The notes beneath the pieces were generated by a model. It worked only from the letters and a program-made list of their open reading frames with translations. It did no database searches and was not told the origin of the DNA. Below, piece after piece: positions 13,526-23,247 of a DNA stretch of 64,000 bases. The position numbers were made by a program, and so were the translations under genes. Numbering within the stretch: position 1 is the stretch's first letter; each line of letters begins with the position of its first letter. Origin of the DNA: Podospora anserina (Eukaryota); contig CM030336.1 of NCBI GenBank assembly GCA_017654855.1, positions 3,100,001-3,164,000 of the forward strand. The letters run 5' to 3'.

Positions 13526-15155
13526 ATGCTGTCGTCTTTGAAGACATTAGCGCCCTTGGGGCTGCTGATCCCGAATGTTGTAGCCTCTAGAGATGATGAT
13601 GGTAAGCACCACACCCAACTATAGATTCAACTCGACAAAAGTAGCACAAGAACTAACAGTGGTGCAAGGGGACGACGTTCGCTTCAGAGTTGATAGCACC
13701 ACAATCTACGACCCCCAATGCACGGCCAGTGTGACAGTGTACAACACAACGGTGGTGCAAAAGACACAGTTTGTTGACTACATCGTCAACATTACAAAAA
13801 CCAACACTTGTTACGAGTCTACAACTCTGACGCTCAACTATACCGTGTCTGTCACCAACACAGACACAGACTTGGTCACTATCACCAACACAGACACAGA
13901 CTTGGTCACTATCACCAACACCGGCACCGACCTGGTTACCATCACAAACACCGATACCGACTCCGTGACCATCACCAACACCGACACAGACTCTGTCACC
14001 ATCACAACGACTGACACAGATGCCGTAACAATCACAACGACAGACACAGACGCTGTCACCATTACCACTACCGATACAGATGCCGTTACCATCACCACTA
14101 CGGACACTGATGCAGTCACAATCACAACAACTGACACCGACTCGACCACCATCACCAGAACTGTCTACACGACCACCTATGACCCCTGCCCAAAGTCATG
14201 CTCCATCTCCGCCGCCAGCGTCCACCTCTACTACTGGCCCACGGACAGGCCGTACACCTACCCAACCACCTATGTCGACCCCTCGCTGTCCTACACCTTC
14301 ACCTCTCCCTCGGTCTACATGTACATCCCCTCCGCCCAGGGCGTCAACACCCTAGGCGAGCGCGTGGAACCCTCCACAACAAACTGGATCCTTCCTCTCG
14401 ACCTCTACGAAGTCTCCACCATCGCCCGCGGCTCCAACGCCACCAGGCAGCTCACCCTCGCCGACCTGGGAACCAACTGCCCGCAAACCTACAACCCGAC
14501 CGCCATCGCCACCATCCCGAGGGACTGCGACCCCATGCTTGCAGCCCCCAGCCAAGTCCGATCCTGGGCCTACCCTTGTAACGCCTGCGGCCGGTTCGGT
14601 CTCTTCGACCCCCCCTATGCAGTCCCGACCACCACTGGACTTCTCGGCCCGTCGACCGTCGTGGTTACCGCCGAGCCGATCACGGTGACTGCCCCTCCTG
14701 TGGTTGAGACTTCCCCCCCTCCACCACCACCGCCACCCCCCGTGACAACGGGAGCGCTGGTGATCGAGTACCGGGACGAGGATGGAAATATCGTCTCAGC
14801 GACGACGATTCCCACGACGGGGGCTAGCGGTGGTACATCGACTAGCACTGTTGTCGTTGCGCCCACGAACACGGATGGTTCAGCCCTCCCCACAGAGACA
14901 GGAATGGTCCCGGAGCCATCGGTTGGTGAAAGTTCAAACATTTTTACCATACTCCCCACGGACACTATTATTCCACAGCCGGGAGAGACTGGTTTGCCGA
15001 CAGCAACGACAGGTGCGCCTGACGATGAGCCGCCTGTTGAGGTGACGTCGCTGCCTACTACGACGGTGGCGACGGCGGCGGGGAGGAAGCTTGTTGCTTC
15101 GGGGTCGCTGTGGTGGGTTATGCCTAGTGTGGCGGGGATTTTGTTTTGTTTGTAA
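13526..15155 (+). CDS. Secreted Thr-rich, probably GPI-anchored cell-surface/adhesin-like protein
   Basis: Signal peptide MLSSLKTLAPLGLLIPNVVA; intron ~13602-13668; 10-aa Thr repeats; Cys-containing domain (VHLYYWP...FTSPSVY...LADL...FDPPYA); Pro/Thr stalk; hydrophobic C-terminus. Confidence 0.85.
13849..14155 (+). repeat. Coding tandem repeat, ~10 x 30 bp (VTIT[N/T]TDTD[L/S/A])
   Basis: Directly visible, e.g. gtcactatcaccaacacagacacagacttg repeated with synonymous variation. Confidence 0.95.
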
Positions 15156-15484
15156 TTTGTAATGTATTTTTACATGATGATTTGATGATCGTTTTGGGTT
15201 AGAGAAATAACAAGGAAGCGTACTTTGTGAAGATTAAAAAGCGCCGTGGGTTTATATCTTGGTGATGAACGTGCATTGCGGCGCTGTCCGTGTAAATTCA
15301 CGCGTTCAGGGGGTCTGACGAAATGAATGTTGTGGTGTTTCTTTCCCTTTTGAGTGTCAAGGTGCTGAATGAACAAGGGGTGGCGAAATAAAAGCTCAAT
15401 ACATGCAGGTACTTCAAAGCTGGAATTGGAAGATAGGAGGTACCTTATTGAACACGAGGTGCTCTATGTTCAGATCTTCTTCCT

Positions 15485-16204
15485 CTACAAGCCGCCCATC
15501 ACACCCGCAACAGCAACCCCCACAGCCGCCACACCCATCACATAACCAGTCTCCCTTGCTGCTCCAGCGGTGCTGGTGCTCGTCGTGCCAGTGGTACTCG
15601 TCGTGCCAGTGGTACTCGCCCCCCCCTCCCCATCGTCATCAGTCTCCTCCCCATCATCCCCCTCATCACCACCCGCACTCCCAGCCGGAGCAGCCCCCAA
15701 AACCTCCACCAAACCACCCGGACTCAACTCGCCATTCAGCACCCTCTGCGCAGTAACACACCCCCCCACATCAGTAGCCGCATGCGCAAGCATAATCGCT
15801 ACCGTGTCCACTTCGTCAAACACAGTCGCACATTCAACCGCGAAGTTTGTCACGTCAACTTTGTGCTTCGAGATCCAGGAACTGTGCGCCGCGTTCCAGC
15901 TGCTGATGACTGTGCCGGCTGCGGTGCGGGACCAGTTTTGCGCCCAGGAGCACTGCGCGCTGAGGTCGGTAATGGTGGATTGGCCGGTGGAGAAGTCGTC
16001 TAGCATGCTTGGGATGAGGTCGGGGTGTTGGGTGGGTCGGTCACGGTTGAGGGATGAGTAGCTTTGCTCGCAGGGGGATGTGGTAGTGCGGGTTGGTGTT
16101 GGCGAGGCTGTTGCGGTGGTTGCTTCTTGTCTGGGTTGGGGCTGGGGGAGGTTGGGGGACACCGTGGCGAGGGTGAGGAAGGGGAGGGTTGTGACGAGCT
16201 TCAT
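15485..16204 (-). CDS. Secreted GPI-anchored protein (helical Cys-containing domain plus Ser/Thr tail)
   Basis: Intronless 239-aa ORF with signal peptide, 4 Cys, TTGTTS repeats and GPI-like end STAGAARETGYVMGVAAVGVAVAGVMGGL. Confidence 0.8.
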   Translation of the reverse strand: MKLVTTLPFLTLATVSPNLPQPQPRQEATTATASPTPTRTTTSPCEQSYSSLNRDRPTQHPDLIPSMLDDFSTGQSTITDLSAQCSWAQNWSRTAAGTVISSWNAAHSSWISKHKVDVTNFAVECATVFDEVDTVAIMLAHAATDVGGCVTAQRVLNGELSPGGLVEVLGAAPAGSAGGDEGDDGEETDDDGEGGASTTGTTSTTGTTSTSTAGAARETGYVMGVAAVGVAVAGVMGGL

Positions 16205-16454
16205 CTTGGGTGGTGTTCAAATTGGAAAGTTTCGGTTGAGAAGAGTATGGGTGACGGCCGGTGAGGTAGCAGCGTGGTTCATGCTCGCGGTTTTAAGGGA
16301 ATTTGTCGAAATAGGTGGGTCGTGGCGGTAGGATCACCATCCATGTGGTTGTGAGTAATGGATTCAACAAGCGGTCCCGCATCGCGCCACGATCAGCGTT
16401 GAATATAACCATCGAGACCGAGGCTGCCATTTGTTTTACCCGCGCTTGGCGTCC

Positions 16455-17186
16455 TTACACCATAGCAGCACCAGCCCACGCCGCCGCACCAACAACTCCC
16501 AGCACAGGCACCATGTATGCCGTTTCGCGAGCTCCAGCAGCAGTCGAGCTTCTCGAAGTAGTAGTCACTGGCGTGCTCACACGCTCCCAGTCACCCGTCC
16601 AAACAATCCCGCCATTGTCGGTCGGAGTAGCAGGAACAAACGTGCCGAATAACAACTCCATGTTTGTCAGGCATTCTTCCAGGCCCGTGGCAAACTCTTG
16701 AAGATAATCCACCACTGTTTTGGTACCCAGCACCTCCAGACAGCGTTCGGAGAATTCGCTCAGTTGCGGCTTGGCCTGTGCGATCCACGACGACCTTGCT
16801 TCTCGATAGGTTGAAAACACGGTGCTGAGCTCGGACGGGAGCATTGTCAATTCTCGAGTTGGGGTACCAAGGTACAGCGAACACACCGATGTGTGATCAA
16901 GTACTCCCCGCGAGTCCCTCGGTGTCCTCATAGACAAGGCCTCATTCGCACCTTCACTCGCCGCACTTTCGCCGTACTGCCGGAGGACAGGTGGTTCTGT
17001 CGGGTAGCTGCGAAGAATTGAGCTGCTTGTGAAGAGACAGTTCTCCACAGCCTCGAAGTTTTCCGTGGGTGTTGGCGTCGGAATTGCTTCGGTTTGACGA
17101 GGGAGGATGGCGTGCCAACTGGCATGTGCTGGGGTTGTGAACACGCCCCACAGAACGGGGAGAGATGAATATGTTGACAGGCGCAT
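16455..17186 (-). CDS. Secreted GPI-anchored protein, tandem paralogue of 15485-16204
   Basis: ATG at 17186 (MRLSTYSSLPVLWG...). Shared elements: PRQ..T.TPT, SSWI, spaced Cys and C-terminal TAAGARETAYMVPVLGVVGAAAWAGAAMV. Confidence 0.8.
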   Translation of the reverse strand: MRLSTYSSLPVLWGVFTTPAHASWHAILPRQTEAIPTPTPTENFEAVENCLFTSSSILRSYPTEPPVLRQYGESAASEGANEALSMRTPRDSRGVLDHTSVCSLYLGTPTRELTMLPSELSTVFSTYREARSSWIAQAKPQLSEFSERCLEVLGTKTVVDYLQEFATGLEECLTNMELLFGTFVPATPTDNGGIVWTGDWERVSTPVTTTSRSSTAAGARETAYMVPVLGVVGAAAWAGAAMV

Positions 17187-17702
17187 TATGAGTCGGTTGT
17201 TCAATCAAACTTTCAGCGGGTTATTCAAGGTCGACAGGAGAGAGAATGAGGCATTCCAGACGCGTCTTCTCTACGGGGACGACGTTCGTTATATTTGTCT
17301 GTTGCGTTAGGTTGTATCGGCAGAAGGCCCGCGCATAACACGCTAAATAGCACCTCTTGGCAAGGCTTTCACAGGGCAATTTCCGAGGTCACAGTCCCAG
17401 CCAACCCCCTGACCAGAACGGCCATATCCCGTATTAGCCCCGTATTATCCCCGTCCTCGAACGTGAATGAGGTTCACCTGGCATATTCTAAGATCACAAG
17501 CTTTTGACATGCTGGAATTGGCTGGCATTTATGAGGTAACATAAGGCACATAAGGATGGAGGTCAACAGGAGCCCCCTGAGCAAGCATGTTGAATGTTCG
17601 ACTCGTACCTGTCGCTATATACTTCAAATCTCTGTCACCCTTCTCCTGTTTAAACCCTGAAAAATCATTCTCTTCCTTCCCGACGCAAGATAACGCCACC
17701 CC

Positions 17703-18116
17703 TCAGTTACAAAAAGTCTTGAGAGTATGAAAAGTCCGGACGTCGTAGCAGGTCCCAGGGTACACCTGCATCTCGGTACCACTGCAATCCGTGTCTCCAT
17801 AGATGAAAGCTAGGTACGAACCTACCATTAGCAGTATTTTTATGGATATGGCCAACAAGAGGTACTCACTGCGACAAGTATCAGCAATGCTCCTGACAGT
17901 GAGCGACTGCCCAGGAAGCGAGAAACAGCCTTGGTCGGAGTTGGTCCAGCTGCTCTTTCCATCGGTGTTGCACGTCCGGGTGTCGGACCAGGTGTCGAAG
18001 ACCACGGCTGGGTCTACGAGCTTTGATCGAGCACGGATACTGGAGTCTGTGTTGATCACTGCGCCCAGGATGGGACTTGAGAGGAAGAAGAGAGCGGCGA
18101 GGTTGAGGGCGATCAT
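17703..18116 (-). CDS. Small secreted cysteine-rich protein (effector-like)
   Basis: Signal peptide MIALNLAALFFLSSPILG; 6 Cys; one in-frame intron (gtgagtacc...ctaat...ag, ~17868-17812); two similar halves. Confidence 0.8.
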   Translation of the reverse strand: MIALNLAALFFLSSPILGAVINTDSSIRARSKLVDPAVVFDTWSDTRTCNTDGKSSWTNSDQGCFSLPGQSLTVRSIADTCRSEYLLLAISIKILLMVGSYLAFIYGDTDCSGTEMQVYPGTCYDVRTFHTLKTFCN

Positions 18117-18779
18117 TGTGACTGTGCAAAAAGGCTCGGGATATAAGTAATTGGCTGTGGTTGTTGAAGGGGAAGATGATGCGGTTATGGGCTGAATCTC
18201 TAGGTGGGGGGAAGGGGGTTTTATCCTTTGATATCTAACTGCTCGAAACTGTGTTCTAGCTGTTTGTTAGATTCGAACAAGGTACTCTAAGACATCGTCA
18301 TCTGGCTACACATGTCACAAACACTCGGGTTTGAACACCACCTCACCACGAACTCAGATTCTTGATGCTTATATCGATATCGACTCGGTGTGACGAGCGC
18401 TACGCGGTACTCAGCTCCAGTTTTGTGCAATCATATTGGACTGAGTCACTAAAACATCAGGTTATGCAATTCAAAAGGAAAGAAATAAGACAGAAGCAAA
18501 AGTCAAGGGTCTTGTGACACCTTCTCACTGCTGGCTTAGATACACAAAATAACTGGGAATATGTTGTGAACATGAAACCGACATTTATCTCCGCCTGAGC
18601 GGTGGGCATATTCTGAGATTGAATATCAAAAGAAACCGCAAAAGATCGTAAACTACATTCTCACGCTAAATGACTGAAAAAGACACAAACTTCTACCTCT
18701 TTGTAGTATAAATTCTTCAAATGTACCGACATCCCCCGTTCCTTGCCCAGAATACGCCACTATAACCCGCAGAAAACCC

Positions 18780-19505
18780 TCACCCCTGAAACACCGGCGG
18801 CCCAGGCGGCGTGTACTTGTCAAACGGCACATAAATGTTAAAAAACAACCCCGGATCATCATACGTATACCCCCTATTAAAGTCAAAATCCTGGTCAGGC
18901 ACCGCCTCCCCCCCGCCCGTAACCTCGACCTGAACACAGCTAGGGTAGCTCTCTGGCCCCCTCGTGTTGTCAACCTTGAAGTTGATATCCGCCATATGCA
19001 GCGCCAGCAGCTCCTGCCGAATGAGATACTTCCCCGCCGCCAAACTAGCAGGCAGCTTGAAGTCCGCGCGCCCCTTGTTGGCAATCATCTTGATGGTGGC
19101 CCACTCGCCATTCTCAAAGCCCTCCTCCGCAATCTTTGACCAGATGGGCTGAGCACCGTTGCCTTCGGTGAAGGGGGCGATGTAAGTGATGATGGCGCCC
19201 TTGTGGGAAGGGTCGAGGATGTCTGTTGGGTCTTCGGGGCGGAAGTGGAACCAGCGGAAGGAGAGGGTGGCTCCTGCTGGGGCGGAGACGAAGTCCGGTG
19301 CTGGGGTGCCGCCGTTGGTGTTGCAAACGATGTCGGGGGATTGGAGATCGCGGACGGGGTCGTTGGTTTTGGGGGAGCGGATGTACTTGTTGCGGCCGTC
19401 GCCTTGGTCTTGGCCGTTGACGAAAACGCCGAACATGGTTGCGTGGGCGGAGATTAGGGGGGTGAATGCCAGTAAGGCGGCGAGTGTTGAGGTGCTGAAA
19501 AGCAT
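18780..19505 (-). CDS. AA9 lytic polysaccharide monooxygenase
   Basis: Signal peptide ends ..LISA|H, giving His1. Also IVCN, SHKGAIITYIA, WSKIAEEG, GKYLIRQELLALH, ESYPSCVQVEVTG and YTPPGPPVF. No CBM. Confidence 0.95.
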   Translation of the reverse strand: MLFSTSTLAALLAFTPLISAHATMFGVFVNGQDQGDGRNKYIRSPKTNDPVRDLQSPDIVCNTNGGTPAPDFVSAPAGATLSFRWFHFRPEDPTDILDPSHKGAIITYIAPFTEGNGAQPIWSKIAEEGFENGEWATIKMIANKGRADFKLPASLAAGKYLIRQELLALHMADINFKVDNTRGPESYPSCVQVEVTGGGEAVPDQDFDFNRGYTYDDPGLFFNIYVPFDKYTPPGPPVFQG

Positions 19506-20774
19506 TTTGGGCAGAATTGCTGTGATGTTGAAAAGGAACGGCTGGCGCAAGCGCTTTGACTAGAAAAGGAATGACTGTCTGTATTGCCACAACAAACGGA
19601 TCTGATGAGTTGGGATGAATGAATGCTGGGATAATAATCGTGCGTGCACAAGAGAACCTTCTTATATCTCCAGGATTCAATCATGGACTGTCAGTCGGTA
19701 AAGAATCCATGGTGACCTATAGGTCAATACGGCCAGGACATCAAGGCCTCGGGAGCACAATGAGGTCAGCAATGCGGCGAACTGCTGAGAAAACATTCGT
19801 CCAGTGCTTGGGTGGGTCAAACATGGTCCTTGTAGAAGGCAAGGATGCAAGGTGTCTAGCAGCATCATTGGTTAACTTTTTTGTCTTTTAGGAAAAGACC
19901 ATTAGTTGGCGCCCATCTGGCCTGTCTGTGTTTCAGGGGATAGTTCAGACGAGGTCACGCTTTGTGGGGATATCGCCGGTGTCCCGGCAAGCTGGGCGGG
20001 ATGCTGGGCCGCTCGCTGTGCCGTTGGCTTTGCGATGTGTTGAATAAGGCCCTATGAAACATGGCCAAGGTGCTCGCTGGTAATGGTGTGCTGCAAGGGG
20101 TGAAGGTTCAAAAGGCGCAGCTATGGCCAGATTCCCGACCAACAACCTTGATGGAGGTCAGAACTTAGATGCGCCAATCTCCCCAACGGCTAAATTGATG
20201 AGACTAGGGTCTTTTTGAACTTTGATAACGTCGTGTTGCAAGTTTTCAATTTCTGTGTCAATCTGAAATAGTCGCTGAATGAATTGATAGGGTTGAATGA
20301 GAGCGAGAAAGCGATGTTTGACTAAACTTGCCCTTGACCATACACGCGATACTTTAGGAGCAGTTTTTGAACAGTTAGGAACGCAAACGGTTCGAGGCTT
20401 GCAATCGGCCTCCTTATCAATGGATATTCGGACTCGATCATTTGGACAATCGTCAACTGTTTGTTCCCACTCAGGGGCCCCCTTTTCTTGGACGTACTCC
20501 GCCATGAGCACCATGCGGCCCGGGTTCCCGCAACAGTGTGGAGAAATAACAAACACCAAACCGGCAACTCCGCCACAGTCGGCGCACCTCGGCCCCGCCA
20601 TCCGATAGCCACGTTTTAGAACCGAACTAATACCGCCCAAACACAACCCCGCGTTTATTCAAGCCACCATATGAGATCATAAAACGGTGAATACATTCAC
20701 ACTTATAACTTAAAATCAGTTGGAAGATCTCACTATTCTTTTCTCACCAAGTCTATCTCCAACCCACCATAATA

Positions 20775-21539
20775 ATGTCCACCCCCGTCCCCCCAGGCCA
20801 CCCCGACTTCGACCCCGCCGAAAACAAACGGCGCATGGAAGCCGGCGAGCTCTACTACGCCTTCCACCCCGACATCTCCAGCGCCCGCAGAAAATGCATC
20901 GCCGCCTGCAACGACTTCAACGCCGTAGGCTCCCGCGCTGACTTCACCCGGCGGCAAATGGTTGAGCTGTGGAAAAAGTAGTCCTCCCCCACTCCCCTTT
21001 CTCACCCTGATACTGGCTCACCCCATAGAATCATCTGTGACGACACACCCAACCCCCCCGTCCTCGCAGACCCCAAACAGGACGAAGCCCAGTTCACCCT
21101 CGCCTACCCCTACATTGACGGCCCCATCAAGGTCGACATGGGGTTCAACCTCAAGTTTGGGGAGCAAGTTTACATCAACTACAACTCCACTTGGCTGGAT
21201 ACTTGTACTATCACCGTTGGGTCGAGGACGTTGATTGGACCGAATTGCTCGTTTTATACCGCTACTCACCCGCTTGATCCGTTTCAGAGGAATGGGCTCA
21301 AGGGGCCGGAGGCGGGGAAGCCGATTGTGATTGGGGAGGATTGCTGGTTTGGGGGGAGTGTGACTGTTTTGGGGGGTGTGACTATTGGGAGGGGGGTTAC
21401 TGTTGGGGCGGGGAGTGTGGTGACCAAGGATGTGCCTGATTTTGTTGTTGTGGTTGGTAACCCGGCGAGGATTGTGAGGAGGTTGGATGAGGCGAAGGAA
21501 AGGTGGGAGAGGGGCGAAAGGATCGGGGAGAGTGCGTAA
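20775..21539 (+). CDS. Maltose/galactoside O-acetyltransferase-like (trimeric LpxA-like hexapeptide repeat)
   Basis: N-terminal RMEAGELY Mac-like segment; intron ~20978-21029; DMGFNLKFGEQVYINYN, IGPNCSFYTATHP, GKPIVIGEDCWFGG, VGAGSVVTKDVP..VGNPAR. Confidence 0.92.
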
Positions 21540-21651
21540 GGTGGTGGTGGTTGGTTGGAAAGCGAAGTTGGAGTATAGCGTTGGAGTTGGAAGCTGCATG
21601 TGGATAGACCTTAGATAGAGGTATGTTTTGGTTTGGACATGATTGTTGCGA

Positions 21652-22992
21652 TCACGGCTTTTTTGGTTTCTTCCAGGGGACAGACCAAGCCGACTTTGAC
21701 TTGGGCTCCGTAGTTTTGGTCTCGTCGGTCTTCTTTGCTTCCTCCATTTTCCTCACTACTTCCTGCTGGAACACCATCCACTTCGCTTCCATATCCTGCT
21801 GGCTGATCTCCGGCTTCCCCCCGAGAGGGGCAGTATCAGCATCTTCCTGACCGTTGTACTGACCATCCTTCACGTTAAGAACCTGACACAGGGATTCCGC
21901 CTTGCCAACCAGCCATTTTCCATGTACCATGCCGTTTCTCCAGTGATCTGGCAATGCAGCAAAGCCCAGATAGGCTCCAAGCAACGCTCCGGCAAAGCAG
22001 GCATTTGTGTCGGCATCTCCACCCTTCATAACCAGCTCCGTGATCAGCTCCTCAAAAAGCCTTGATCGGTCGAGCACCCCACGGTTTCTGTCCATGGCCA
22101 TCCTAAGCAACACCACCCCCGCCCCCAACGTCTTATAGACAAACCCAATCGAAGCCCCATCATCCAACCTCAACCCTTCCAGCCCATCTTTTCCATCACA
22201 AACCCTCCACAACTCCTCCCAATCCACCCCCGGATCCTCTTCCCGCCTCCCTACTACACTCTCATACCACCTCCTCCCCCTCTCAATCACCCCGTCAATA
22301 TCCTCTCCCCTCGTCACCTCGCCCCTTATCAACTCCCTGACCAACCCACTCCCCACAACGCAAGCAACCACACACCTAGGATCAACATGCGTCGACCTCG
22401 AAATCTCCGCCCCCAACTCAAAACACTTGGTTTCCTCCTCCCAAACCGTCACCAACCCCAACACATGCGTCCTCATCAAACTCCCATTCGGCGCAGCAAA
22501 TCTGTTGGTCCCCCTCCAGTACCCCCTCGCGATTCCTTCCGGCTCTTCCGCAAACCCCTTACTCGCCAACACAGTCCCAAGCAACCTCCCCAATCCGAGC
22601 GGCATCGTCCCCAACGGCTTGAACCCCTGAGAAGCCCATATTCTCAAGCGGGAGGCGAAATCACTCTGCGTAGGGAAGACGTGGCTTGATGGTGTGGACT
22701 GATGTAAAAAAGAGAAGAGGAGGAGGAGGGAGTGGTCGGTGTCGTCTGTCCAGTGGCCTGGGGTGAAAGGGGCGCGGTGGCGGTCGAGGTGGAAGGGGGT
22801 GGGGCCGGGGTGGAGGGTGAAGGTGCGGGAGGGGTAAGATGTTGCTGCTTGGGTCGAGGAGAGGAACTCGGTGTAGAGGCCTATTGTATCGCCTAGGGCT
22901 GAGCCGATGAGGGAGCCGGTGATGCGGTCTTGGAGGGCGAAGTTGAGGAGGGTGGTGATGGCTTCTTGGGGGAGGGAGGGGATGGGTGACAT
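21652..22992 (-). CDS. ADP-ribosylglycohydrolase (ARH/DraG family)
   Basis: GSLIGSALGDTIG, WTDDTDHS, NGSLMRT, STHVDPRC and GGDADTNACFAGALLGA; intronless. Confidence 0.92.
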   Translation of the reverse strand: MSPIPSLPQEAITTLLNFALQDRITGSLIGSALGDTIGLYTEFLSSTQAATSYPSRTFTLHPGPTPFHLDRHRAPFTPGHWTDDTDHSLLLLFSFLHQSTPSSHVFPTQSDFASRLRIWASQGFKPLGTMPLGLGRLLGTVLASKGFAEEPEGIARGYWRGTNRFAAPNGSLMRTHVLGLVTVWEEETKCFELGAEISRSTHVDPRCVVACVVGSGLVRELIRGEVTRGEDIDGVIERGRRWYESVVGRREEDPGVDWEELWRVCDGKDGLEGLRLDDGASIGFVYKTLGAGVVLLRMAMDRNRGVLDRSRLFEELITELVMKGGDADTNACFAGALLGAYLGFAALPDHWRNGMVHGKWLVGKAESLCQVLNVKDGQYNGQEDADTAPLGGKPEISQQDMEAKWMVFQQEVVRKMEEAKKTDETKTTEPKSKSAWSVPWKKPKKP

Positions 22993-23247
22993 TTTTGGGG
23001 TGCGGATCAAGGTTCCAGGTAGTTGTTGGGTGTGATGGTTCGGTTATTAATGAGAGAGAGTGTGTGTGGTTGAAGTGAAAATGCAAGTCGGGTTTTGAGG
23101 GCTGTCAGCCTTCGGGGCTGAGTTCTAGCGCTAGCGCTCTAGGCCATAGGAGGTTAGCGGTGGCAGTTGTGTAACAGCCCGCCATGCTACCGAAGTCGTA
23201 TCTCCTTAGTCTTCAATATCCCAGGATTTTCAGGGTCACGGATCCTT

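Noticed and set aside
20158-20646. 162-aa minus-strand ORF
   Set aside because: No ATG-led signal or domain recognised; could be a relic but is unsupported.
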